In this document: one piece after another, positions 9,994 to 20,641 of the stretch
How the letters are laid out: every line of letters begins with the position of its first letter
How positions within the stretch are numbered: position 1 is the stretch's first letter
NCBI GenBank assembly: GCA_035530395.1
Contig: DATKUX010000074.1
Span: forward strand, 1 to 61,206
Length of the DNA: 61,206 bases
DNA from: Spirochaetia bacterium
GTDB lineage: Bacteria > Bacillota > Desulfotomaculia > Desulfotomaculales > JAJYZD01
Direction of reading: 5' to 3'
Notes under the pieces: model-generated
Database searches by the model: none
The model's input: the letters and a program-made list of their open reading frames with translations, nothing else
What the model was told of the DNA's origin: nothing
Made by a program: the position numbers and the translations under genes

Positions 9994-12014
9994 ATGGGCA
10001 TGCATTGTGACCAGTGTGAGCAGACGGCCAAGGGAACCGCCTGTACCATTGCGGGTGTCTGCGGCAAGAGTGCGGACGTGGCGGCGTTGCAGGATCTTCT
10101 CATCCACGCCGTGAAGGGTTTATCCCTGTATGCAACAGAAGCGCGCCGTCACGGCATCGTGGATCAGGAAATCAACGGCTTTACCGTGCAGGCCGTCTTT
10201 TCCACCGTAACCAACGTGGACTTCGACCCGGAGCGGTTTAAACCGATGATCGACCGGGCCGTCCAACTGAGGGAGCGACTGAAGGAAAAGGTAGCCGGGG
10301 CTGGGGGAACGGTAAATTTCCCGGATCCCGCGGCCAGCTTCCAACCCGCAGGCGATCTGGCCGGTCTGATCAAACAGGGAGACCCCGAGGATCTGATCGT
10401 CGACCAAACCGCCGGAGCGGACATCCAGTCCCTCCAGCGCATCCTGGTCTACGGCTTGAACCTCTCATGACCAAGGTCACGAGATTCCTGCTTCACGGAG
10501 CCAAGCCTTCCGAGGGAAGGTCTTACCGGCTCTCCACAGGCTATCCCCGCCGTTCCTGCGGTTACTTAGACGTTGCGCGGGCACGAGGGGGTTAGCCTGC
10601 CAGGATGCGCAGGCCCTCGGCCAAAAGGTTGATAGCTGCGTTACGGTCCCTATTGTGGATGTATTCCCGGATTGTTCCCTCGGTTCCCTCACCATCTGTC
10701 GGCACGAAGCAGGGCGGATTCCATACATGCCCGACTTGCAGAACAAGCAATATACCTAAGCGCGTCCCGTGCTTACTAGTATATCGTTCACCTTGTGCGT
10801 GCATTATACCATACGCGTGTTTCCGAAAGCAAGCCCTTTTTGCCATATTTGCTAAAATTAGGCCGGCGAATTCTGGGCCAGCAGGACGATGCCGTCTTCG
10901 CCTTTATCCACGAGGGCCTGGGAGCCCTCAGCAATAAGGAACTAACCCTTGATGACTGGGTCAAGCTGGTACTACGCTGCGGTGAGATCAACCTCCGCGT
11001 CCTGGAACTCCTGGATGCCGGTAACACCGGTGCCTTCGGTCACCCGGTACCTACAGAGGTACCGCTGGGCCACAAAAAAGGTAAATGCATCCTGGTGTCC
11101 GGGCATGACATCAAGGACCTGTCCGACCTCCTTACGCAAACCGCGGGGAAAGGAATCGACGTGTACACCCACGGCGAAATGCTGCCGGCCCACGGATACC
11201 CCGGGCTGAAAAAGCATCAGCACCTGTACGGTCATTTCGGTACAGCCTGGCAGAACCAGAAGAAGGAGTTTTCCGTCTTCCCGGGCTCCATCCTCATGAC
11301 CACCAACTGTATCCAGAAACCCGAAGAGTCCTACATGGGAAACATTTTCAGCACCGGCCTGGTTGGCTGGCCCGGCATGTAACCAACGGCCGGTTCGGAC
11401 CGGTCATCGAAAAGGCCCTGGCCATGCCCGGCTTTCCGGCGGACGAAGACCGGGGCAGTGTGATGGTGGGCTTTGCCCATAACGCCCTGTCCGGTGTGCT
11501 GGATAAGGTGGTCGACGCGGTAAAAAGCGGCGCCATCAAACACTTTTTCCTGGTAGCGGGGTGCGACGGCGCCAAGCCGGGACGCAACTATTTCACCGAA
11601 TTCGTGCAAAAAGTACCCCGGGATTCCGTGGTCCTGACCCTGGCCTGCGGTAAGTTCCGCTTCTTCGATTTGAAGATGGGGGATATCGGCGGCATTCCCC
11701 GGCTGATCGACATCGGCCAGTGCAACGACGCCTACTCGGCCGTCCAAGTGGCCCTGGCCCTGGCCCTGGCGAAAGCCTTCAACTGCGGGGTCAACGACCT
11801 GCCCCTTTCCCTGATCCTCTCCTGGTACGAGCAGAAAGCGGTGGCGATCCTGCTGAGCCTCCTGCACCTAGGTATCAGGGACATCCGCCTGGGCCCGAGC
11901 CTGCCGGCCTTCATATCGCCCGGTGTGTTGGATGTACTGGTCAAGAACTTCGCCATAAAGCCTATCACCACGGCGGATGAAGACCTGGCCGGCATTCTGC
12001 GGAAAGGCGCCTGA
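9994..12014 (+). pseudogene. hcp: hydroxylamine reductase / hybrid-cluster protein, disrupted (insertion plus frameshift)
   Basis: Three collinear Hcp fragments (9994-10470, ~10860-11382, 11424-12014). The N-terminal Cys cluster CDQCEQTAKGTAC...GVCGK and the C-terminal [15 protein letters not shown] and SWYEQKAV motifs are all present. They are interrupted by ~400 bp of foreign DNA and a 1-nt frame change near 11365-11380. Confidence 0.85.
10462..10866 (-). mobile_element. truncated IS200/IS605-family (IS1341-type) tnpB 3' remnant with structured right end
   Basis: Minus-strand ORF 10592-10846 ends ...YTSK...HNRDRNAAINLLAEGLRILAG, matching the TnpB/RuvC-III C-terminus. About 125 bp of hairpin-rich sequence lies 3' of it. 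Boundaries are approximate, and most of tnpB and all of tnpA are absent. Confidence 0.55.
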
Positions 12015-12608
12015 GGCTGTTAACGGGGTCCGGTGCTGGTCACCGGACTTGGAGCGTTGATCCCGGTCGGCCGGTTGCCAAAGTCAGATTTTCGTTCGTT
12101 CCATGAAGACGTCAAAATGAGAACCCTGTCTGAAAGCCCTCGCGCCATCGTTGTTAACGCTGGTGTAGAGTTGTATTTCCTTTATCCTGCGGCAGACGGA
12201 GCAGTTGCGCACTTCCTGCTACAGTTTCTTTCCCGTTTCCTTTCCCCGGTGGCGGGCTGAAACAACCAGGGTGGAATATGTCCGATTATGGCAGGGAGGA
12301 GGGGGGCATTTTCTCCAATATCACCCGCTTTTGGGCCGCAGGGCAGGGAAGAAGGTTGCTCCGTCAGCAATTGGCAAGTCAGTAATCTCTAAGCACGCAA
12401 CGCTTAATTTGCACCGTTTCTCAGATGTAATTCGTCATATAGATTTGATGGTCCTGCTCCTCTTTTGCCCCTTGATACCTGGTTGAGTGCCCTGTGCAGA
12501 TATCGCAGGGTAGTGGCGCAAGGCGATCGCACCCTTAGTTGGAATATTTTGCATGGATAAGGATATAATATTAATGTGCAAAATATTTTCCGGCAAAAGG
12601 AGGCCGCG

Positions 12609-13334
12609 ATGAGAAACTACAAGGGCTTAGTCTGGCTGGGAGTGTTGCTCCTTTTTCTCGGTCAGGCCGCGCCCGCGCTTGCGGCGGATATCGGTACATC
12701 CGCCGTATCCCTGATCGACGACGAGGTCGAAATGACCTATACGGTGCAGGCCGGCGACACGCTGTCCGGCATTGCCGGGCAGTTCGGAGTAACCCTGGAC
12801 AACCTCACAAACGCCAACAGACTGGACACCTACCTCATCCACCCCAATGACCTGTTGCTTATTCCGGGGCACTACGAGCCGGTTCCGGCGTTCGTCTCCC
12901 GGGGGGATGTGGATCGGTCCGATTTGACCCTGCTGGCCCACCTCATCTATGCCGAGGCGCGGGGCGAGCCGTTTTCCGGTCAGGTCGCGGTGGGTGCGGT
13001 GATCATAAACCGGCTGGCCAGTCCGGTATTTCCCAAAACCATCCGGGAAGTGATCATGCAGCACAGCGGCCGCTCGTACCAGTTTCAGCCGGTGTCCGAC
13101 GGGGCCATCGACCTGACACCGGACGCCACAGCGGTCCGGGCGGCCATCTCGGCCCTCAACGGGCGGGACCCCTCCCACGGTGCCCTCTATTTCTACAACC
13201 CGGCCCAGGCAGACGATTCCTGGATTCGCAGCCTGCCGGTGATTACCAGAATCGGCAACCACGTGTTCGCCACAGAGAGGTCCGCCGGCCGCGCCTTCTT
13301 CCCGGAAGGGGTGCCGGCGGACCTTCCGGCTTGA
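12609..13334 (+). CDS. sleB: spore cortex-lytic enzyme family protein (LysM + SleB-type cell-wall hydrolase domain)
   Basis: ATG 12609 after AAAGGAGG. Signal peptide, LysM (YTVQAGDTLSGIAGQFGV...LLIPG), Hydrolase_2 motifs LIYAEARGE and QFQPVSDG. Confidence 0.75.
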   Translation: MRNYKGLVWLGVLLLFLGQAAPALAADIGTSAVSLIDDEVEMTYTVQAGDTLSGIAGQFGVTLDNLTNANRLDTYLIHPNDLLLIPGHYEPVPAFVSRGDVDRSDLTLLAHLIYAEARGEPFSGQVAVGAVIINRLASPVFPKTIREVIMQHSGRSYQFQPVSDGAIDLTPDATAVRAAISALNGRDPSHGALYFYNPAQADDSWIRSLPVITRIGNHVFATERSAGRAFFPEGVPADLPA

Positions 13335-13581
13335 GGGGAGCTTCACCCCACCATTTACCCCGGTACGCTATTCCCCGGCCTTCAGTCATCATAATACTGT
13401 GTGAAGGTGGCACCACGCACCTGCCGTATCCTTCGCCTCTGCCGCACCGGGAATGATTGTTAGGTGCCGGGGGGGATAATATTTTTTGGCTGCCCGGAAG
13501 ATCCGCTGGTCCTTTCCGGGGCCCCATCGCCCGCCGGATCCCGGCAAGGGAGCGACCAGGATTTGTTTTGAAGGCTGGTTA

Positions 13582-15678
13582 ATGACCATGGCGACTACAG
13601 ATATTCACCTGCTGCACCGCCTGGCCCGGTTATACGGGGTGGAGGTTGGATTCAGGGACTATGCGGGCTGTTTTCGCCAGGCAACCCCACAGGCGCTCCT
13701 AGCGGCCCTGCAGGGGCTGGGCGCCCCCGTGCACTGCCTGGCCGACGTCACTGCGGGCTTGCGGGAGCGGACCAGGGAACAGTGGGAGCGCTGCTGTGAA
13801 CCGGTCGTTGTGGGCTGGCACGGGGCACCCCTCCATTTGGACCTGAGGTTGCCGGCGCACGCGGTCACCGCCGCCGAGTGCAGTTTGGAACTGGAAAATG
13901 GCGAGGTCCGGCGCCTGTTTCCGGACGTCGCCGATCTTCCGCTCCTGGCAGCCCGCGTGGTGGAAGGGATCCGGTACGAACACCGGCGGCTCCCGTTGCC
14001 CCCGGGGCTACCCCGGGGCTACCATCGTCTGCAGCTTTACCTGGGAAAGCACACGGCTCATGTTCTCATAATCGTCGCGCCGCGGTTCGCCCACGATCTG
14101 GCCGGGCCGGACCGGATCTGGGGGGCGTTTATGCCGCTGTATGCCCTTCATTCCCGCCGCTCCTGGGGCGCCGGAGATTATGCCGACCTGCGGGACCTGC
14201 TCGACTGGGCCGGTTCCCTGGGGGGGCGCCTAGTCGGCACCTTGCCGCTGTTGGCCGCCTTTCTGGACGAACCCTTGGTCCCCAGCCCGTACCAACCGGT
14301 GAGTCGTTTGTTTTGGAACGAGTTCTACCTGGACGTCGGCGCGGTGGAAGAAGCGGGCAGAAGTCCGGGCGCTCAAAGGTTGATGGAATCGCCGGAATTC
14401 CGCCGGGAGATAGCCGACCTCCAGGCCGCGCCGAGGGTGGACTATCGCCGGGGTATGGCGGTAAGGCGAGCGGTCCTGGAACACTGCGCCCAAACATGCT
14501 TTGCCGAAGAATCAGGGCGGTTATCCGCCTTACGGCGATGGGTGGCGGAAAACCCGGCCACCAGGGATTATGCCCGCTTTCGGGCCACCCTGGAAAAGCG
14601 GGGCACCGCCTGGACGGACTGGCCGGAGCGGATGCAAAACGGCCTTTTGGAGGAGGGAGACGGCGACCCGGCGGCGGAGCGCTACCACCTGTACGTGCAG
14701 TGGCTCACCAGCAGGCAATTGGGGAGTGTCTCCCTGCGGGCCCGGGAAAACGGTCAGATGCTCTATCTTGATTTGCCCCTGGGGGTTCACCCTGCCGGCT
14801 ATGACGCCTGGCGCGAGCGCGCTGCCTTCGTGCCGGGAATCAGCACCGGCGCCCCGCCGGATGCCTTTTTTGCCGAAGGGCAGGATTGGGAATTTCCACC
14901 CTTACACCCGGAGCGTATTCGGGAACAGGGGTACCGTTACTACATCGCCTGCCTGCGTAACCACCTCCGGTATGCCGGATTGTTGCGCTTGGATCACGTG
15001 GCCGGGCTGCACCGCCTCTTTTGGGTGCCTGCGGGCCTGCCGGCCAGTGAAGGGGTTTACGTGCGCTATAACGCCAAGGAATTCTACGCCGTTCTATGCC
15101 TGGAGTCCCAGCGTCACCAGGCGGTGATCGTGGGCGAGGACTTGGGTATCGTGCCCGGTTACGTCCGCCGGGCCATGGCCCGGCACCGGATCTACCGGAT
15201 GTATGTGTTACCCTTCGAGTTGTCCGGGACTCCCGGCGAGACGCTCCGCCCCATCCGTTCCCAGAGCCTGGCCACCCTAAATACCCACGATATGGCCCCG
15301 TTCGCCTCTTTCTGGCTGGATGAGAAAAAGAAGGGTGCAGGGGTGGCTTTGCCCCTTTTTCTGGCACGGCGGGGCCATCTGGCGGTCGCCACCAACCGGG
15401 TGACGTCCGTCCTGCAGGCCTGCCTGGCCCACCTGGCCGCCAGCCGGGCCGGGATCCTTCTGGTGAATCTGGAGGATCTGTGGCTGGAAAGAGCGCCTCA
15501 GAACGTACCCGGTACAACGGACCAACATCCCAACTGGCAACGGAAGGCCCGCTATGGTCTGGAAAAGATACGGGGATTGCCCGGAGTGGCGCCGGTGTTG
15601 CGGAAAATCAGCCGTTTGCGCAACGCCAGGCAGATATGGGGAATGCGCCGGGCCCAACGGGAGGGGGTAAAGAAGTAA
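13582..15678 (+). CDS. malQ: 4-alpha-glucanotransferase (GH77, amylomaltase)
   Basis: GH77 motifs: LRLDHVAGLHRLFWVP, VIVGEDLGIVP, TLNTHDMAP and the NVPGT region. Start chosen at ATG 13582; the track ORF has an implausible N-terminal extension. Confidence 0.8.
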   Translation: MTMATTDIHLLHRLARLYGVEVGFRDYAGCFRQATPQALLAALQGLGAPVHCLADVTAGLRERTREQWERCCEPVVVGWHGAPLHLDLRLPAHAVTAAECSLELENGEVRRLFPDVADLPLLAARVVEGIRYEHRRLPLPPGLPRGYHRLQLYLGKHTAHVLIIVAPRFAHDLAGPDRIWGAFMPLYALHSRRSWGAGDYADLRDLLDWAGSLGGRLVGTLPLLAAFLDEPLVPSPYQPVSRLFWNEFYLDVGAVEEAGRSPGAQRLMESPEFRREIADLQAAPRVDYRRGMAVRRAVLEHCAQTCFAEESGRLSALRRWVAENPATRDYARFRATLEKRGTAWTDWPERMQNGLLEEGDGDPAAERYHLYVQWLTSRQLGSVSLRARENGQMLYLDLPLGVHPAGYDAWRERAAFVPGISTGAPPDAFFAEGQDWEFPPLHPERIREQGYRYYIACLRNHLRYAGLLRLDHVAGLHRLFWVPAGLPASEGVYVRYNAKEFYAVLCLESQRHQAVIVGEDLGIVPGYVRRAMARHRIYRMYVLPFELSGTPGETLRPIRSQSLATLNTHDMAPFASFWLDEKKKGAGVALPLFLARRGHLAVATNRVTSVLQACLAHLAASRAGILLVNLEDLWLERAPQNVPGTTDQHPNWQRKARYGLEKIRGLPGVAPVLRKISRLRNARQIWGMRRAQREGVKK

Positions 15679-18116
15679 TGAGCCGTATGGAGCGTTACGT
15701 GTGTATTCACGGCCATTTTTATCAACCGCCGCGGGAAAACCCGTGGCTGGAGGAAGTCGAACTCCAGGACGGCGCCTATCCCTACCATGACTGGAACGCG
15801 AGGATAACCGCCGAATGCTATGAGCCCAACACCGTGTCGTGCATCCTCGCGGGCGATGGCTGGATTAGAAAGATCATCAACAACTACGCCAAAATAAGCT
15901 TCAATTTCGGGCCCACCCTGCTTTCCTGGCTGGAAAGGAACGAACCCGCCGTGTACCGGGCCGTAATAGGAGCCGACGTACAAAGCCGGGATAACTTCTC
16001 CGGTCACGGTTCGGCCTTGGCGCAGGCCTACAACCACATGATCATGCCCCTGGCCAACCACCGGGACAAAGTTACCCAGATCGTGTGGGGAATCAGGGAC
16101 TTTGAGTACCGTTTCGGGCGGCGCCCGGAGGGGATGTGGCTGCCGGAGACGGCTGTTGATCTGGAGACCCTGGACATCATGGCGGAGCAGGGCATCCGGT
16201 TTACCATCCTGTCTCCCTATCAGGCCAGGCGATTCCGCCCGGCCGGCGGGTGCGAGTGGCAGGAAGTGGCGGCCGGAGCCATTGATACGACCGTTGCTTA
16301 CGAGCTTCACCTCCCCGGGTCGGGGCGGACAATCACCCTTTTCTTTTACGACGGCGAAATATCCCGGGCGGTAGCCTTCGAAAGATTGCTCTCGGACGGA
16401 GAGCGCTTCGCTAAAAAGCTGTTGGCCGGCTTCGCGGAAGAGTACCCGTACCAACTGGTCAATATCGCCACCGATGGTGAGACTTACGGTCACCATCACC
16501 GGCACGGCGACATGGCCCTGGCCTACGCCCTGGATTACATCGAAGCCAACCAGTTGGCCCGGCTCACGAACTACGCGGAATACCTGCAGCTACACCCGCC
16601 TACCCATGAGGTGGAGGTGTACCCAAACAGCGCGTGGAGTTGCGCGCACGGGGTCGAGCGCTGGCAGAGCGACTGCGGTTGCAACTCAGGGCTGCACCCC
16701 GGTTGGAACCAGGCCTGGCGAGCTCCTTTGCGCACGGCCTTGGACTGGCTCCGGGACAGTATAGGTTCCCGGTACGAGGATTTGGCCCGCCATTTTCTCA
16801 AAGACCCCTGGGAGGCACGTGACGAATACATCGCTGTGATTCTGGACCGGTCCGGAGAGAGTTGCGAACGATTTCTGGCGCGGCACGCGGCGGGGGAACC
16901 AGACGCGGACCAGCGGATCACGGTTTGGAAACTGCTGGAGTTGCAAAGACACGCAATGTTGATGTACACCAGTTGCGGCTGGTTCTTCGATGATATTTCC
17001 GGGATTGAAACGGTCCAGGTGATCAAGTACGCCGGGAGGGTCATCCAGTTAGCCGGGGAACTTTTCGCCACGGACTTGGAACCCCGCTTTCTGGAGATGC
17101 TGGCCCTGGCCAAAAGCAACGTTCCCCGGTACGGGGATGGTGCCCAAATCTACGGAAAGTCCGTCAAACCGGCCATGGTCGATTTACCAAAGTTGGGCGC
17201 CCATTACGCCATATGTTCATTGTTTGATGCGTATGACGAGGACTCCCGCATCTATTGCTACCGGGTAAAGCGGTTGGACAAAGAAGACCGGCTGGCGGGA
17301 GCGGCCAAGATGACGGCCGGACGGGCCCTGGTTACTTCGGAGATCACCGGGGAGTGGGCCAGCCTGAGTTACGGGGCGGTTTACCTGGGTAGCCCCGACG
17401 CCAACGCCGGGGTCGGCTTCTACCGGAATGAAGATGCCTATCAGCAGATGATACAAGATCTGACGGGCGCTTTCGAACGGGCCGACTTTGCCGAGGTTAT
17501 CCGCTTTCTGGACCAGCACTTCGGCGGGGCTACCTATTCCCTGAAGCAGCTTTTTCGGGACAAACAGCGGTTGGTCCTGGGCCAGATTCTGGACGCCGCC
17601 CTGGCCGAGGCGGCCGGGGCTTACCGGCGGATTTACGAGCACCGCGCGCCCCTGATGCGGTTTCTGAAGGACTTGAACATACCTCAGCCCAGAGTCCTTT
17701 TCACCGCGGCCGAGATCGTTCTTAACGCCAACCTCCGCATGGCCTTTCTGGAAGACCCGCCGGACATCAATCTCATCAACGCCCTGCTGGGCGAGGTCGA
17801 CATTACCGATGTGGTGCTCGACGGCACCATCCTCGCCTACGTTTTGGAGCAGACCCTGAAGCGGATGGGGGAGCGATGGCTTGGTCACCCCGCCGACGAG
17901 GCGCAGCTTGCCCATCTGGACGATGTAGTAGGATTGGCCCGCGCCCTGCCCTTCGAGGTGGACCTGTGGAAGGTGCAGAACATCTATTACAGGCTGATGC
18001 AGACGGTGTACCCCGGCTTCCGGAACAGCGCGGGGAATGGGGATGAGGAAGCCCGGCTGTGGCTCGGCCGGTTCAACGACCTCGGGAATAAATTGCGGGT
18101 GCGGAGGAATGAGTAG
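15678..18116 (+). CDS. glycoside hydrolase family 57 protein with C-terminal DUF3536-like region
   Basis: ATG 15678 overlaps the malQ stop (TAATG). N-terminus YVCIHGHFYQPPRENPW and the ATDGETYGHHH motif are typical of GH57. Confidence 0.8.
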   Translation: MSRMERYVCIHGHFYQPPRENPWLEEVELQDGAYPYHDWNARITAECYEPNTVSCILAGDGWIRKIINNYAKISFNFGPTLLSWLERNEPAVYRAVIGADVQSRDNFSGHGSALAQAYNHMIMPLANHRDKVTQIVWGIRDFEYRFGRRPEGMWLPETAVDLETLDIMAEQGIRFTILSPYQARRFRPAGGCEWQEVAAGAIDTTVAYELHLPGSGRTITLFFYDGEISRAVAFERLLSDGERFAKKLLAGFAEEYPYQLVNIATDGETYGHHHRHGDMALAYALDYIEANQLARLTNYAEYLQLHPPTHEVEVYPNSAWSCAHGVERWQSDCGCNSGLHPGWNQAWRAPLRTALDWLRDSIGSRYEDLARHFLKDPWEARDEYIAVILDRSGESCERFLARHAAGEPDADQRITVWKLLELQRHAMLMYTSCGWFFDDISGIETVQVIKYAGRVIQLAGELFATDLEPRFLEMLALAKSNVPRYGDGAQIYGKSVKPAMVDLPKLGAHYAICSLFDAYDEDSRIYCYRVKRLDKEDRLAGAAKMTAGRALVTSEITGEWASLSYGAVYLGSPDANAGVGFYRNEDAYQQMIQDLTGAFERADFAEVIRFLDQHFGGATYSLKQLFRDKQRLVLGQILDAALAEAAGAYRRIYEHRAPLMRFLKDLNIPQPRVLFTAAEIVLNANLRMAFLEDPPDINLINALLGEVDITDVVLDGTILAYVLEQTLKRMGERWLGHPADEAQLAHLDDVVGLARALPFEVDLWKVQNIYYRLMQTVYPGFRNSAGNGDEEARLWLGRFNDLGNKLRVRRNE

Positions 18117-18122
18117 CGTAGC

Positions 18123-18692
18123 CTACGAACGGAAGATATCATTGGTATCCATGCCGAACCCGGCCAGCACTTTGGATTCCACCCGGGCATGCTCGCCGGC
18201 TTTTTGATCGGTCACCAGCCTGCCTTCGGCCCATACAAATATCTCGATGGTTTTACCTGCAGGTTCAATTATCCAGTATTCCAGAACACCATATTTCTCA
18301 TATGCCGCAAACTTCTCTCCCAGGTCGAAACGCGCCGTAGTCGGGGACAGGATTTCCACCACCAGGTCGGGGGCGCCTTCGATCCTTTTCTTTTGGAGGA
18401 TCCCTTTTCTATCGTTGGAGACGAAGACGATGTCCGGTTGATAAGTTTCGTGCTCGTCCAGGTAAACGTCGGTGGGAGGAAAGAAGATTTCCCCGCAGCG
18501 GTGACTATCAACAAATGCCCCCATGTGTAGGACCAGTCTCCTGGATATCCTCTGGTGGTAGAGTACCGGCGCAGGGGTCAAGACGAGTTCGCCTCCAATC
18601 AGTTGGTACGGAGCGCCCTCGGGCAATTCGGCATAGTCCTCGTATGTTAATTTCTTTTTGTATGGCAATGCTGTTTCCCTGATTTCCTCCAC
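18123..18692 (-). CDS. Uma2-family (DUF820) restriction-endonuclease-fold protein
   Basis: YQLIGGELVLTPAP...HQ...PDIVFV...APDLVVEILSP...D...K...Y...GVLEYWII matches the Uma2 PD-(D/E)xK pattern. Confidence 0.8.
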   Translation of the reverse strand: MEEIRETALPYKKKLTYEDYAELPEGAPYQLIGGELVLTPAPVLYHQRISRRLVLHMGAFVDSHRCGEIFFPPTDVYLDEHETYQPDIVFVSNDRKGILQKKRIEGAPDLVVEILSPTTARFDLGEKFAAYEKYGVLEYWIIEPAGKTIEIFVWAEGRLVTDQKAGEHARVESKVLAGFGMDTNDIFRS

Positions 18693-18826
18693 GGCTCAAC
18701 CCTCACTTTGACAGATCTTCCATGTAACCTGGTTGATTATGCCATTAATAGGATCATACCGCGTGAGTCAGGTTTAGTCAACGCCGCGGCCCCGGTCTGC
18801 CGCCCTTGAAAGTAATCGCAGGCTCC

Positions 18827-18856
18827 TTGACAAACGACCCTTCCGGTGGCTATAAT
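18827..18856 (+). promoter_or_regulatory. consensus SigA-type promoter (TTGACA-N18-TATAAT)
   Basis: Perfect -35 TTGACA (18827-18832) and -10 TATAAT (18851-18856), directly upstream of the brnT remnant and brnA. Confidence 0.6.
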
Positions 18857-18877
18857 GGTGTTGCTTGTAACTACAAA

Positions 18878-19100
18878 TGGAGTTATAAGAAGCCCTCCGC
18901 CCTGCCAAGGCATGGGCTGGACTCCGTTAATGCGGAGGAGATGTAGGGCTCGGTGTTTGTCCATCCCGCCCGCAGGCGCGACTAAGGGTTGGGCGAACGG
19001 GGGGTATGGCGTGGGCCGTACGGCCGCTGGTCGGGTAATTTTGAGGAGAAAGGCGATACAACGTGAGCGAGAAACCTCCGTCCGAGCCGTCACCGGCTGA
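18878..19100 (+). pseudogene. brnT: BrnT-like (DUF497) toxin remnant with in-frame stop and frameshift
   Basis: The frame from 18878 reads WSYKKPSALPRHGLDSVNAEEM then TAG (18944-18946); compare the BrnT N-terminal W-x3-K-x6-KHG(L/V)-F-EEA pattern. A second frame ends ...GRVILRRKAIQRERE, BrnT C-terminus-like. No start codon is retained. Confidence 0.5.
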
Positions 19101-19320
19101 CTGCGTAAAAGTGTTTAGTAAGCCCGACACTGAGGTCTCAGATAACCCCCAGGGGGGTAAGGAGTTCTGGACCAAGGCTGTGCGCTGGCCGGTCCCGAAG
19201 CAGCAGATCACGCTTCGGCTGGATGCGGACGTACTGGACTTCTTCAGGAAGCAGGGGAGGGGCTACCAGACGGCGATCAATGCCGTGTTGCGTCAGTATA
19301 TGAAGGCTCATCAGCGTTAG
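19063..19320 (+). CDS. brnA: BrnA-family antitoxin
   Basis: C-terminal ITLRLDADVLDFFRKQGRGYQTAINAVLRQYMKA is the BrnA signature. Confidence 0.75.
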   Translation: MSEKPPSEPSPADCVKVFSKPDTEVSDNPQGGKEFWTKAVRWPVPKQQITLRLDADVLDFFRKQGRGYQTAINAVLRQYMKAHQR

Positions 19321-19452
19321 TACGGTGAAGTTAGGTGTCCGTCATGCCCGATTGAGCGAATCCGATCCAGAGACTCCCGGACGCCGGGGGTGGCCCGGCA
19401 GTTGGAACGGAACAAAGGGGAATAAATTGCAATTAGAAAGCGGGCCGTTAAT

Positions 19453-19635
19453 ATGAGTATTGTTGTGGATAATATGAGGTGCCCCCAAAACCATTCTTGC
19501 CCATCCGTTAGGATATGTCCTGTTGGAGCATTGAAACAGGAAGGGTATAAAGCACCTGCCGTAGATATGGATAAGTGCATTGAATGTGAACAATGTGTCT
19601 CGTTTTGCCCGATGAAAGCTATTAAAAGCCGTTAG
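19453..19635 (+). CDS. small 4Fe-4S ferredoxin-domain protein
   Basis: CPxxxxCPSVRICP and CIECEQCVSFCP cluster motifs in an AT-rich patch. Confidence 0.6.
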   Translation: MSIVVDNMRCPQNHSCPSVRICPVGALKQEGYKAPAVDMDKCIECEQCVSFCPMKAIKSR

Positions 19636-20050
19636 TAGATGTAGATAATTCAGTCCGGATAAGAGCCCCGGAGCCGGCCAATTGCCCGGTGTCCGGGGCC
19701 TTCATTTGCCCCCCTGCACAACTCCTTCCGGGGCGCTGGGCCGGGCTGATATTGACGAGTCTTTTTGCCTATAGGCTGCAGGCATGCTGGCAACCTGGGC
19801 CCGGGTCGCGGGCAGGTCAGGTCGAAACGTATCGTCCGGGAAGCCCCCAAGGATTCCCTCAGCCACATCCAGGGACAGCGGGCCCTGACACCAGGAAGGT
19901 ATGGCTGCCGAAGACAGGCTGAGGATGTACTCCTGGCCAAGGAGCCGGTGATCTCGTTGAAAACGCTACGTATATCTAAGAAAGGAATCTCTTTAACAGT
20001 CTATTAAAGAGATTCCTGGCCATTTTGATGTAGGGGTAATCTCGCCCCAC

Positions 20051-20641
20051 ATGTTTTATTCGCTACACATAGAATATTCAGCTAGTCAAAGACGGCTTTC
20101 TTCTTCGCTGCTTGAGTCTTTCTGCGAAATAAGACAAGCGCAAAAGAACAATATACCTTGCCTATGGTATAATGAGTTGTGGGCTAAAGAATTCGAAGAT
20201 TTTATTGGTAGGCTTGTTGCCCATAACGAGCCTACTTCGATTATTGAAAGTCCTAGAAGAGACAATTGCCCAATCCTTTCCCCATGCTGAATTAGCGATA
20301 GAAAATCGTCATGGCACAAGATATCCAAAACCTTCCTAATCTCGAAGTTATCTACTATTGAGTCGCTAGTAGACAGAATTAGGCAGCTTGACCTTAAGCT
20401 CAAGCTGGTTGTTGATATACCTCCACTCTTTTCGGCCCATTATCTCTCGGAAAACAATATGCCTGCAGGTAAAATTAGAAGGCTTCTCGAACCCCTCAAG
20501 GAATATCGCGATAGTATTTCCGGTATTCATATTTTGGGAAGGAAGAAGGCGGGCAAAAATATGGTTGCTCACGTAGGAACCCTAGACGATTTAGTTGGCA
20601 ACAATAAGGAATTAAAGACCGCATTTCTAGCAGGCCTATGA
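20051..20641 (+). pseudogene. possible frameshifted gene of unknown function (two ORF fragments) at the left edge of the AT-rich islet
   Basis: ORF 20051-20290 and an open frame ~20300-20641 lie in different frames. There is a weak ELAIENRHG (TIM-barrel isomerase/endonuclease-like) motif at the junction. Family not recognised. Confidence 0.25.
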
